Shown: positions 42,054-51,766 of the stretch, piece by piece
Layout: each line of letters begins with the position of its first letter
Numbering within the stretch: the first letter of the stretch is position 1
From: an uncultured delta proteobacterium
GTDB taxonomy: Bacteria > Myxococcota_A > Polyangia > Fen-1088
Length of the DNA: 64,000 nucleotides
Assembly (NCBI GenBank): GCA_963755125.1
Contig: CAVWIP010000018.1
Span: 1-64,000, forward strand
Direction: 5' to 3'
The notes under the pieces: model-generated
What the model was told of the DNA's origin: nothing
The model's input: only the letters and a program-made list of their open reading frames with translations
Database searches by the model: none
Made by a program: the position numbers and the translations under genes

Positions 42054-44197
42054 GATTCAAAATCGAGCGATCGGTTCTGGCGTCGTTCCGCTTTTCCAAG
42101 TTGCCGCGCAAGAGAGTCTGCGTAGGCACGGGTAGCCGAAACATCTTTTTGGGCATCGCTCTTATGGCGATGTCTCAGTCGGTCGCGTCTTGCGTCGGAC
42201 CGAATGGCAAAGCTGCCACCGGGGTTGGCTCCCGAGTGGAAAGCCATCGCTTAGCCTTGTCCACGGACAGCTCGTCGTTGCAGCAGAAAGCCACAAGCGC
42301 TGCCGCAGCGCAACTTGGGGTGGCTCCAACAGCTGTGGTTCTCGGGCCTCCGGTTACGCTAGACCTGCCGCTTACCGGACGCCACTTCACGCAGTTCAAG
42401 GCGGTGGGAGGGAGCGTGACGACCGTCGGGGTTTCATTCGATGAACTTGGCCAGCCGGCCAATGTCGAGCCGGCATTGGCGGCGGAGAGCGCCGCCTACA
42501 AAAAGCTCTACGGCAAGAAGACGCCTGGCCTGTACGGTCAGATGGTGGCAGCCCAGCCAGCGACGCAGAGGGTTAGTTTCTTGCTGAACTTCAACGACAC
42601 CACTGCAAGAGGTGAGAGCGTAAGCATTTCAAGTACGATGTCCCCCGCGGCAGTACAGGCACTCCCGGACAACACCAACTCCCTTCGGCTTTCGTACGCA
42701 GCCGCCACGGCCTCCGTGCGGGCGCGATTCTTGGCGAAGGTGCAACAGTTCGATTCTGGAGCTCTTGACGGCGGGCCTGACCCAGTCGTCTACGCCACCC
42801 TCTCGCCCTCGGAGATTGCCGAGATGGAAAGTGACCCAGACGTGCAGTCTATCGAGCGTGGCGATTTGGTCCCGAAGCAGGAACTTAATGTTTGCTCCCT
42901 TGAGCTAGGCTACTGGGATCCGGGCCAAATTTACCCGGGATCCGACCTGCTGTACGTCAATGGAGTTGGCATCGATGGGACTGGGGTCAAGATTGGCGAG
43001 CTTGATCCCTTTGCCCTCGTGACCACACAAAACCCTGCTCTCTCCAATGTACTGCAGTATCTTCCCTGGGCCTGTTATAACAGTTCTGGTGACGTCGACC
43101 ACGCAACCGCAGTTGCGGGCGTGCTGAAATCGAGCGATTCCTGGTTCCATGGGCTCGCTCCAAACGCTGCTTTGTTCGTTGGTGGCGGATGCGGAGCTTT
43201 GGGAGATCTGGAACAGTCTCTGAGTGGCGCCATTAACTGGGGGGCCACGACCGTAAACGCGAGCTGGGGCGGGGGTGGACTGACCGATGACTATGAATAC
43301 GATAGCGCTGTCTTCAGTAGCAACGTGTTACCTGCTGTCTCGGCGGGCAATTCGGGTGGGACCGGCTGTCCTGACGGCTCGGGCGGGTACGTCACTACCC
43401 CCGGGAATGCCTACAACGTCTTGACCGCAGGCGCGTATAGCACGTATGGCACGCCCAATTACCCTAACGATGATTCCATGTATGTTTGCTCGGCGTGGCA
43501 GACACCCAGCCTACACGGCGATCGGATCAAGCCGGAAATCATTGCGCCCGGCGTAGGTGTTATGACTTTGGGCCTTGACACTGGTAACTATCCGAGGATT
43601 GAACCAGAAACTGGGACTAGCATAGCTGCTCCGATGATCACCGGGACGATCGCCTTGATACAACAGGCCAATCCCGGGCTTAAAGCATGGCCTAATCTGG
43701 TAAAGGCGATCATACTGGCATCGGCGCAATACGACCTTCCTAATATACCCCAGGGAACCAAGGGGACAGGCTATGGCCGCCTTCACACGGACACGGCGGT
43801 TAGAATGGCTTCAAATACTGTTAGCGCTGGGCAGTATTGGTGGACGGGCCAGGGTGGACTCTATTGTTCCTTGTTCCCACTTTACTACTCCTATATTTAC
43901 TTGGTCGCGGGCAAGCCGGCGAGGGTGGCTCTAGTCTGGGACAATGATCCTGTTTACACCGCTTCGTCAATGTCAGAACCTTCATCTGATTTGGACCTTT
44001 TTGTGTACGGTCCGGCACCGTATGGGGCACAGACACCGTACGGGAGTCGAGTTGGGTATAGTGGTTCGTGGGACAACACGCAGGAAGTCGCGAATTTTAC
44101 CCCTCCCACTTCGGGATACTACCAAGCGGTTGCGAACGTCTATCGATGCAGCATGCCGGTAAACCGTATAGCCATTGCCGCATACCAGGCTCCATGA
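42041..44197 (+). CDS. Secreted S8 (subtilisin-like) serine protease
   Basis: AGGAGGT RBS; catalytic IGELD, DHATAVAG and GTSIAAP; SAGN oxyanion motif; C-terminal beta domain (DLDLFV). Confidence 0.88.
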   Translation: MDAVGFKIERSVLASFRFSKLPRKRVCVGTGSRNIFLGIALMAMSQSVASCVGPNGKAATGVGSRVESHRLALSTDSSSLQQKATSAAAAQLGVAPTAVVLGPPVTLDLPLTGRHFTQFKAVGGSVTTVGVSFDELGQPANVEPALAAESAAYKKLYGKKTPGLYGQMVAAQPATQRVSFLLNFNDTTARGESVSISSTMSPAAVQALPDNTNSLRLSYAAATASVRARFLAKVQQFDSGALDGGPDPVVYATLSPSEIAEMESDPDVQSIERGDLVPKQELNVCSLELGYWDPGQIYPGSDLLYVNGVGIDGTGVKIGELDPFALVTTQNPALSNVLQYLPWACYNSSGDVDHATAVAGVLKSSDSWFHGLAPNAALFVGGGCGALGDLEQSLSGAINWGATTVNASWGGGGLTDDYEYDSAVFSSNVLPAVSAGNSGGTGCPDGSGGYVTTPGNAYNVLTAGAYSTYGTPNYPNDDSMYVCSAWQTPSLHGDRIKPEIIAPGVGVMTLGLDTGNYPRIEPETGTSIAAPMITGTIALIQQANPGLKAWPNLVKAIILASAQYDLPNIPQGTKGTGYGRLHTDTAVRMASNTVSAGQYWWTGQGGLYCSLFPLYYSYIYLVAGKPARVALVWDNDPVYTASSMSEPSSDLDLFVYGPAPYGAQTPYGSRVGYSGSWDNTQEVANFTPPTSGYYQAVANVYRCSMPVNRIAIAAYQAP

Positions 44198-44636
44198 CCA
44201 CCGCGGGAACTGCGCGTAAGGAAGGGGGCACGGCCGGGCACGGGCCGCAACGGGAGTGAGTACTGAGAGCGTGAGCAAGAATCGGGGAGCGGGAGGATGC
44301 GCGGAAATTGTTGTCGGGGATCTTTCCGTTGGTGACCACGAAATTTTTATTTTGAAGGGGCGACTCGATCTTGTTGATGCTTTTTGACCTAACCCCCGTG
44401 CGGCCGGCAGCGGTGAAACCGACTTTTGCGGATTCAAAGTGCGGAGCATTCTTGCGAGGGAACCGCGCGCAGATTGGAGGCGCTGTTGGCGGATTACCAT
44501 TCGGCGGATGGTGTCTGTGCGTTCATCGAGTGACGGGATCTTTTTGGCGCTCCGCATTGCGATCGAGTCGCGGGACGAAGTGGCCGGTACGCCCGCCATC
44601 GTGCCATCGGCCCATTTTGGTGGTACTCTGACCCCC

Positions 44637-46199
44637 ATGTCCCGCGTGTGCCGATGGTTGGCAATCGGTGTAGCGTTGTCGTTCACTGGGCTTGCTTGCT
44701 TGCGGACACCGCTGGAGGAACAGCCAGCAGGCACGATGAAGGCCATCAGCACGGGTGGAGGATCCACGACTGTCCCCAGCGGAGCCACTGGAACCGTCGG
44801 CGGCACGGCTGGAGGAGGCAAGACCGACACCAGGGGAGGGAGCGGTGGCACCACGGGAAGCGGCGGGGCGATCGGGGGCGGTAGCGTGAGCCTTGGAGGC
44901 GCCTCTGGAGGAGGCAGCAACGGCGGCGTTAGTGGCAGTTCTCCAACGGGCCTTGGCGGTGGCGGCGTTGGCGGCACGGACGGCGCCGGCACGAGCAGCT
45001 CCGTTGGGGGCACAATGAACACCGGAGGCACGGGGGGAGGGGGCAGGACCATGACTACCGGAGGGAGAACTGGACCCGCCGGAGCTACGACCAGCACCAC
45101 CGGAGGGAGGACTGCAGGCACGGGTGGCGGAGGCACGATCAGGCCGTCCGGAGGCGCGACTAGTCCCACCGGAGGGAGTATCATCACCTCCGGAGGCACG
45201 ACTGTTGAAGGAGGATTCACAACGACGGGCAGCATGACCGCAGTGAGGTGGCAACACACGGCGACGTTGTTGCCGAGCGGAATGGTTCTCATCGCGGGTG
45301 GAATCGACAATGGGGGAAACTACCTCGCAAGTGCGGAGCTTTACAACCCAGCGGCGGGGACATTCACGGCGACCGGCAGCATGCCCGGGGCGAGGGCGGG
45401 GCACACGGCCACGTTGCTGGGCAACGGAAGGGTGCTCATCGTTGGCGGCGAGAACCCTGGGGCTCTCGCCAGTGCGGAGCTATACGACCCAAGCACCGGA
45501 ACGTTCGCCGCCACCACTGACACGACTGTGGATTGGCAAGGCCACACAGCGACATTATTGGGCAACGGAAAGGTCCTCATCGCCGGCGGATGCGAGCAGA
45601 CTAGCTGTCTCGTGAGCGCAGAGTTATACGACCCAAGTGCTGCGACATTCACGGTCACTGGCAGGATGACCGTAGCCAGGGAGTGGCATACAGCGACGTT
45701 GTTGCCGAGCGAGATGGTCCTCATCGCCGGGGGTTTCGTTGGTGACGCTATCGTGAACGCAGAGCTATACGACCCAAGTACCGGAACATTCACGGCCACC
45801 GGCAGCACGACCGTGGCCAGGTACAAGCACACGGCGACGTCGTTGTCGAGCGGGAAGGTCCTCATCGCCGGAGGGCTAGGCCAGAGCGCGTCTTCCGCGA
45901 GCGCCGAGCTATACGACCCGGTGGCCAAAACATTTGCCACAACCAGCAGCATGACCGTGACCAGGTACAACCACACGGCGACGTTGTTGCCCGACGGGAG
46001 AGTGCTCATTACCGGCGGATTCGGCAGCAACGCCGCTCCTCTGGCGAGCGCGGAACTCTACGAGCCAAGCGCCGGAACTTTTGCAGCAACCAGTAGCATG
46101 GCCGTGGGAAGGGTGGAGCACACGGCTACCCTATTACCCAACGGGGAGGTACTCATCGCTGGTGGAAGCGGCGACACAAGCGCCGAGCTATACGAATAG
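44637..46199 (+). CDS. Kelch-repeat (galactose-oxidase-type beta-propeller) lipoprotein with Gly/Thr linker
   Basis: GLAC lipobox; seven HTATLL..G.VLI.GG..AELY repeats. Confidence 0.9.
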   Translation: MSRVCRWLAIGVALSFTGLACLRTPLEEQPAGTMKAISTGGGSTTVPSGATGTVGGTAGGGKTDTRGGSGGTTGSGGAIGGGSVSLGGASGGGSNGGVSGSSPTGLGGGGVGGTDGAGTSSSVGGTMNTGGTGGGGRTMTTGGRTGPAGATTSTTGGRTAGTGGGGTIRPSGGATSPTGGSIITSGGTTVEGGFTTTGSMTAVRWQHTATLLPSGMVLIAGGIDNGGNYLASAELYNPAAGTFTATGSMPGARAGHTATLLGNGRVLIVGGENPGALASAELYDPSTGTFAATTDTTVDWQGHTATLLGNGKVLIAGGCEQTSCLVSAELYDPSAATFTVTGRMTVAREWHTATLLPSEMVLIAGGFVGDAIVNAELYDPSTGTFTATGSTTVARYKHTATSLSSGKVLIAGGLGQSASSASAELYDPVAKTFATTSSMTVTRYNHTATLLPDGRVLITGGFGSNAAPLASAELYEPSAGTFAATSSMAVGRVEHTATLLPNGEVLIAGGSGDTSAELYE

Positions 46200-46335
46200 C
46201 CCTGGCCTTCGTCACCGTGAGTCCAGAAAGCTACCTTCTTCGTACAAAGTCGGGAAGGCAGATCCAACAACGAGCATGACCGGCGGCGACGCGGGAAGGC
46301 AGACCCCGTGCTGTCCGAAAACTCGTCGCCAAGTC

Positions 46336-46600
46336 TCATGCAGCCTCACGTTGGTAATAGTTCAGAAGGTCTCCGAGGCGTGAGCGGCAGGCAATCGAGC
46401 CGTTCGACCCATTGTCGTTCGCGGAGCCAGGCTGGCTCTTGATCAGTTGGCCGCCGCCCATCCCTCCCACGCTTCCGCCAACTCCCGACCCGCCGCCTGC
46501 CTGCCTTCCGTGAAGACCGTCGTCTTCGGGGCGATGCCCTCTTGCACGAAGGTGGTGAGCGCGAGCGATCCGCGGTTCCCGTTGGCTCGCGAGCCCGTGG
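46336..46600 (-). mobile_element. Transposase remnants: integrase-core C-terminus plus a possible IS1595-like fragment
   Basis: QLIK..ANDN..IACRSRLGDLLNYYQREAA; upstream SLALTTFVQEGIAPKTTVFTEG in another frame. Confidence 0.5.
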
Positions 46601-46795
46601 TTGGCGGCGGGCCCCTGTATCGGGGCTATGCGTAGGCGTGGCCGCTTGCCACCTTTCACGCCAGAGCCTCACCAGCGGGGCGGCACCGGTGACGTGATGA
46701 CGCAAACTCCCGGGTCGGAGGAAATGGCGATGTAATGGGGATTCGGCTACTCGTCGCGGCAATTATGCGCCTGCCTGCGGGCCGTGTGTTCCGCG

Positions 46796-47050
46796 TCAAG
46801 TGAGCTTGGTCAGCTTCTCGGCCACGGGCGCGGTCGCGGTAGTGGCGTCCGCGGTGACGGCGGGTTCGCTCACAGCGCCGGCGCCGGGGCTGGCGCTCGT
46901 CTCGCTCGCGGGGGCGGGCGCGCTTACAGTGCCCGGGCGGGGGCTGGCGGCACTCTCGCCCGCGGTGCTACTGCCCGCGGCCTGCAGTGCTTCAGTGATC
47001 TTGCGAACCAGAAACGTCTTGTTGGGGCTGCGGGTCTTCTTTCCAATGTC
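46796..47050 (-). pseudogene. Fragment of a DUF2924-type phage/plasmid protein
   Basis: GKKTRSPNKTFLVRKITEAL ... EKLTKLT, interrupted by a frameshift. Confidence 0.45.
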
Positions 47051-47341
47051 CTCGGTAAGCTTGGGTTGGCCAGCGCGTGCTGGCTGGTTTCGACAACCAC
47101 CTACAGGCGTGACGTCGCGAGTACATCAAGGCGAATGCGACCTGCAATCGGTCGAATTCCGACGCCGCCACCGCACATAGGGCCGTCGCCGCGACGAGGC
47201 GGCCTACAATGGAGGCGTGTCCGCTACGCATGGAATGCGAGGTTTTCTCCGCCAGATGCCCATGAGCGTGACCACGGGTGCTGGCTGGCCGATGGCGTTC
47301 CCGACGGCGCCGTTTCGTGGTAGACGGTTCATCCGGACGCC

Positions 47342-50300
47342 GTGAGGGACCAGGACCGGTTCGAGACCCAAGAGGAAACGCCCTTCGTGGTGTGTGAGCA
47401 GGGGCGTTTCGGTGAGCGCTTCCAGGTTGAATCGTTGGTGGGCAGCGGGGGCATGGGGATGGTTTTCCGTGGGCGCGACCTGTTGGATGGGCAGGCGGTG
47501 GCGCTCAAGGTTCTGCGCCGACAGGGACACAACGCCACTGAACGGTTGCTTCGCGAGGCAGAAGTGCTGGCTGCGCTCTCCCATCCGGCCGTCGTCCGCT
47601 ACGTGGGCCACGGTATGACCTTGCAGGGCGAGCCCTACCTGGCGATGGAGTGGCTCGACGGGGAGACGCTGGCCGATCGGCTTGCCCGTGGGGCCATCGG
47701 ATCAGTGGCAGCGGCGCGCCTGGGCAGCCGTGTGCTACTTGCGCTGGCCGTGGCACATTCGCACGGCATCGTCCACCGAGACATCAAGCCATCGAATCTG
47801 TTCTTGCCCGAGGCGGACCTGGGCCAGGCCAAGCTGCTCGACTTCGGCATTGCGCGCCGGACGCAAGACGATTGGCCGGTCACCAGGCCTGGGACGGCGC
47901 TGGGCACGGCCATGTACATGGCGCCTGAGCAGGCGCGCGACGGGGACGCGGTCGACGGGCGAGCGGACATCTTCTCGCTGGGCTGCGTGCTCTACGAGTG
48001 CGCGACTGGCGAGCCGCCTTGCCGCCAGGTGAGCCACGCTGGCAGAACTCCCGCCTGGTACGAAGCGGATCCCACGGGGCAATGCTGGGCCGTGGCACAG
48101 CCGTTGCGGGAGGTGCTAGCCCGCATGCTCGCCCTCGAGCCGGCAAAGAGGCCGGGCGACGTTGAGGAGCTGTCAGCCGAGCTGGCGTCGGTGGCAGACA
48201 CGTTGGTGGCGAATGGCCAGAGTGCAGAGCGCCGCCGCGAAACCCTGTCGGTGGACGAGCAGCGCGTCGTGGCCGTAGTGCTGGTCGCGGGCATGCGGCG
48301 AGAGAATCGCAATGACGCGGAGGAGGCGGCCCTACAAGAGTTGCTGGCGCCGCACCGAACGCAGGCCGAACGCATGGCCGATGGCACGATAAGGATCTCC
48401 TTCACAGGTCAAGCCACGCCGCTAGACCAGGCCACGCAAGCCGCGCGCTGTGCTTTGCGCCTGAAGGCCGCGCTGCTTGACGCTAGCCTGGGCATCAGCA
48501 CCAGCCGCACTGATCTGGCCGGCAAGCTTTCCCTGGGCGATGTCATCGACCAGGCCGGCCTTCTGCTCACCACCACCCCGGCCGGCACCATCCACATCGA
48601 CGGCCTCACCGCCCGCCTGCTGGAGACCCGCTTCGAGATCCAGGCGCTTGCCGACGGCACCTCACGCCTGCTGTTCGAAAAGGGAATTCGCGAAGCCCCG
48701 CGCACCCTGATGGGCAAGCCCGTCCCGTGCTTCGGCCGGGATCGCGAGGTCGACCTGCTGGAAGCCCTGTGGGATGAAGCGTGCGACGAGCCCGCCGCGC
48801 GCGCGATGTTGATGACCTAGGCCGCGGGCGGGGGCAAGTCGCGCGTGCGCCACGAGTTCTGCGACCGCATCCAGCGACGCAGTCGCGCCTTTGCGCTGCT
48901 GGTTGGTCGCGGCGATCCCATGCGCGACGCCGCGCCGTTTGCTTTGCTGGGCCAGGCCCTGCTCGCGGCCACAGGGATCACCGGCGCTGAGCCCGAGGCT
49001 GCACAGCGCAAGCGCCTGACCGCGCACGCCGCGCGCTTCCTGCCGGCCAAGGACGCCCTGCGGGTCGCGGCGTTCCTGGGCGAGATGGCCAACCTGCCTT
49101 TTCCCGACGAGGATCTGCCACCCTTGCGCGCGGCCCGGCAGGACCCGCGCTTGATGGCCGACCAGACGCTCATGGCCTGGCTCGACTGGCTGGAGGCGGA
49201 GTGCAATCACCATCCGGTGCTACTGGTGCTGGAGGATCTGAACTGGGGCGACGCGCCCAGCGTGAACTTTGTAGACGCGGCCCTGCGCGTACACAACGAG
49301 AAGCCGTTCATGGTGCTGGCCCTGGCGCGACCCGAGGTGGACCGGCGTTTTCCTAGCCTGTGGAAGGAACGCAACCCGCAGCGGATCAATCTGGCGCCGC
49401 TGTCGCCCAAGTCCACTCAGCGGATGATCGAGCATGTGGTGGGCAAGATCTCCGAAGAGAGCAGCCGCTGGATCGCGGAGCGGGCGCAGGGAAATCCTTT
49501 CTACCTTGAGGAACTGCTGCGCGTGGTGGCCGAAGGAGGCAAGGTCGGCGACGACAGCAACCTGCCCGACACGGTGCTGGGCATGGTGCAGGCCCGCTTC
49601 GACATCTTTGGCCCGGACGCCAAACTGGTCCTGCGCGCGGGCAGCATCTTTGGCCAGACCTTTCGGCCTGCCGGGGTCAAGGCCCTGGTCGACGAGGATC
49701 GGCGCAAGGACGTGGACCGCTGGCTGGAGATCCTGACCAAGCGAGAGATTCTGTTTTCGCGACCGACCGCGGACCTGCGCGAGTACGCGTTCCGGCACGC
49801 GCTGTTGCGCCAGGCGGCCTACGAGATGCTGCCGCCAACTGAAAGACGGCTGGGCCACCTGCTGGCTGGCGAGTACCTGGAGCAGGCTGGTGAGCGCCAG
49901 GGCATCGTGCTGGCCGACCACTTCGAGCGCGCAGGCGAAAAGCCACGCGCCATTCGCTGGCTGGGCGTGGCAGCCCAGCAGGCGCTGGACGCGGATGACT
50001 TGGCGGAAACCATCGCGCGCGTCGAGCGAGGCGTGAACCTGGGCGCCGCGGGCGAAGAATTGTATGCGATGCGAGTGATCGAGTCGGACGCGAAGTTCTG
50101 GCGAGGGCAATACCTGGAGGCGGAGCGAGCGGCTCGGGAGGCGCTCGCCTCCAGTGAGGCGCGGACCAGGCTGGACGCACTGAGCGCGCTCTTCGATGCA
50201 CTTGGCCCACAGATCAAGTACGACGAGATCGCCACGCTATTCCGCGGTCTCGAGCGGCCAGCAGCGCCTGAACTCTTGAATGCCTGGCTTGACTGTTTCG

Positions 50301-51211
50301 CGAACGCGGCTGGCTACCTCACCTACGCTGGCGACAACGAGATCCGTCACCAAACCTTGACGCTGCTGGAGGAGTCACGAGACCAGCTGGAGCCGATCAT
50401 GCTGGGACGGGCAGAGGGCCTGAGGTCGCACATCGCGAGAAGCCAGGGCAATCCAGCCGAATCTCTCGCGGCAGCCAAACGCGCCGCTGACTACTTCGAG
50501 AGCATCGGCCACCGCCGCGCCGCTTGCGAGGCTCTTGCGAACGTCGGCGTGAGCCTGCTCGAGCTCGGCCGACTGGAAGAAGCCGAGGCCTGCATCCAGC
50601 AGATCATGGCCACGGCGCGAAAGATGGACCTCAAGTACATGCTTGGGGGCAGCCTGCAAGCCCTGACCAACATCCTTGCCTACAAGGGATCTTTTGCCGA
50701 GGCACGCGCTGTCGGCCAGGAGGGCATCGCCGTCAACCGCACGCAGAATGATCGACGCTTCCAGGGATGCGCGGAGGCGTATCTCTCGGTGACGGAATAC
50801 CTGGCGGGCGATTACGCACGCGCCGAGCAGTACGCGCGCGCAGCCCTGACCACATGGGAGACCGTGCACGCAGTTTTGCCCTTCGCGCGCGCCTTGCTGG
50901 CTCGCGCCCTGCTGGCGCAGGGCCACAAGGCCGAGGCGCTGTCGACCGCGCGCGATGCGTATGCCGAGTTCGAGAGGATAGGCATCGTGGACGACGGCGA
51001 GGCGACGATACGATTGGCGCTTGCCGAGTGCCTGATCGCGGGCAGAGACATCGCGGCGGCCCAGGAGGTTCTAGACACGGCGGCTAGCCGAATTCTCGCG
51101 GCGGCAAAGGCCATTGACGATCCCGAAGTTCGCGAGTCGTTCCTGAACCGTATCCCCGAGCATCGCCGCATCCTTGAACTCGCGCACGAGTTGGCCACCG
51201 GGAAAGTTTGA
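47342..51211 (+). pseudogene. Kinase-ATPase-TPR paralogue 2, interrupted by an in-frame TAG at 48818-48820
   Basis: ORFs 47342-48820 and 48845-51211 are in one frame. Paralogues have TCG (Ser) at the aligned codon of the P-loop. Confidence 0.9.
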
Positions 51212-51224
51212 CCCCAGAACGCGA

Positions 51225-51250
51225 AACGCCGCCCGTAGGCAGCGTTTTCT
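51225..51250. terminator. Hairpin between convergent paralogue 2 and the small peptide ORF
   Basis: AAACGCCGCC-CGTA-GGCAGCGTTTT stem-loop. Confidence 0.6.
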
Positions 51251-51268
51251 GCGGTCGATATGTCGCGA

Positions 51269-51337
51269 CTACTTCGGCCAGTTGCCTCCGCCGCTGCGTA
51301 CTCGGGACTTCACTTTGATGCCAGATGTCTTCTTCAT
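51269..51337 (-). CDS. 22-aa precursor-like peptide MKKTSGIKVKSRVRSGGGNWPK
   Basis: Manual translation (below the ORF-track cutoff). AAGGAG RBS 8 nt upstream, TAG stop, terminator hairpin downstream. Confidence 0.7.
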   Translation of the reverse strand: MKKTSGIKVKSRVRSGGGNWPK

Positions 51338-51766
51338 GGGGGGATCTCCTTGCGTGGGTTGAAATACTTCGAGGGACGGCAGCATGGTCGATCAAGGAGA
51401 CGCACCTTGCAAGTCAAATCTTTGACGATGTCGTCAGTTCATTGACAATGTTGCACTGCTGTCACGCAAATTCTTATCAATTTCAATCTGTTCACTGACA
51501 ACTACGGTCAGCCTATCAACATGTTTTCAACTGTAGTCAACTTCATGACTATCGGTCACATGAATGACTGTCTGCCATAATTATCCGTTTAATTACAGTT
51601 GGTTGCGATTACAGATATCCGAGCAAACTGCTGTTCGCGTTATCCAATTGCGCTACCGCCGCGCCCGAACTAGCAACCGAGCGTCGGCCCCTGTTCCCTC
51701 GCGAACCCTTGAGCGGCGCCGGCCAGATCCCTGTAACATTCCGCCCGTAGCACTCAGGCAGTATCC

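Noticed and set aside
43982..46030. Pro-rich and repetitive minus-strand ORFs
   Set aside because: Antisense shadows of the Gly/Thr linker and kelch repeats.
48818..48820. Pyrrolysine or programmed amber readthrough
   Set aside because: A single-base change from the paralogues' Ser codon explains it. No pyl genes are seen, and TAG is a normal stop in neighbouring genes.
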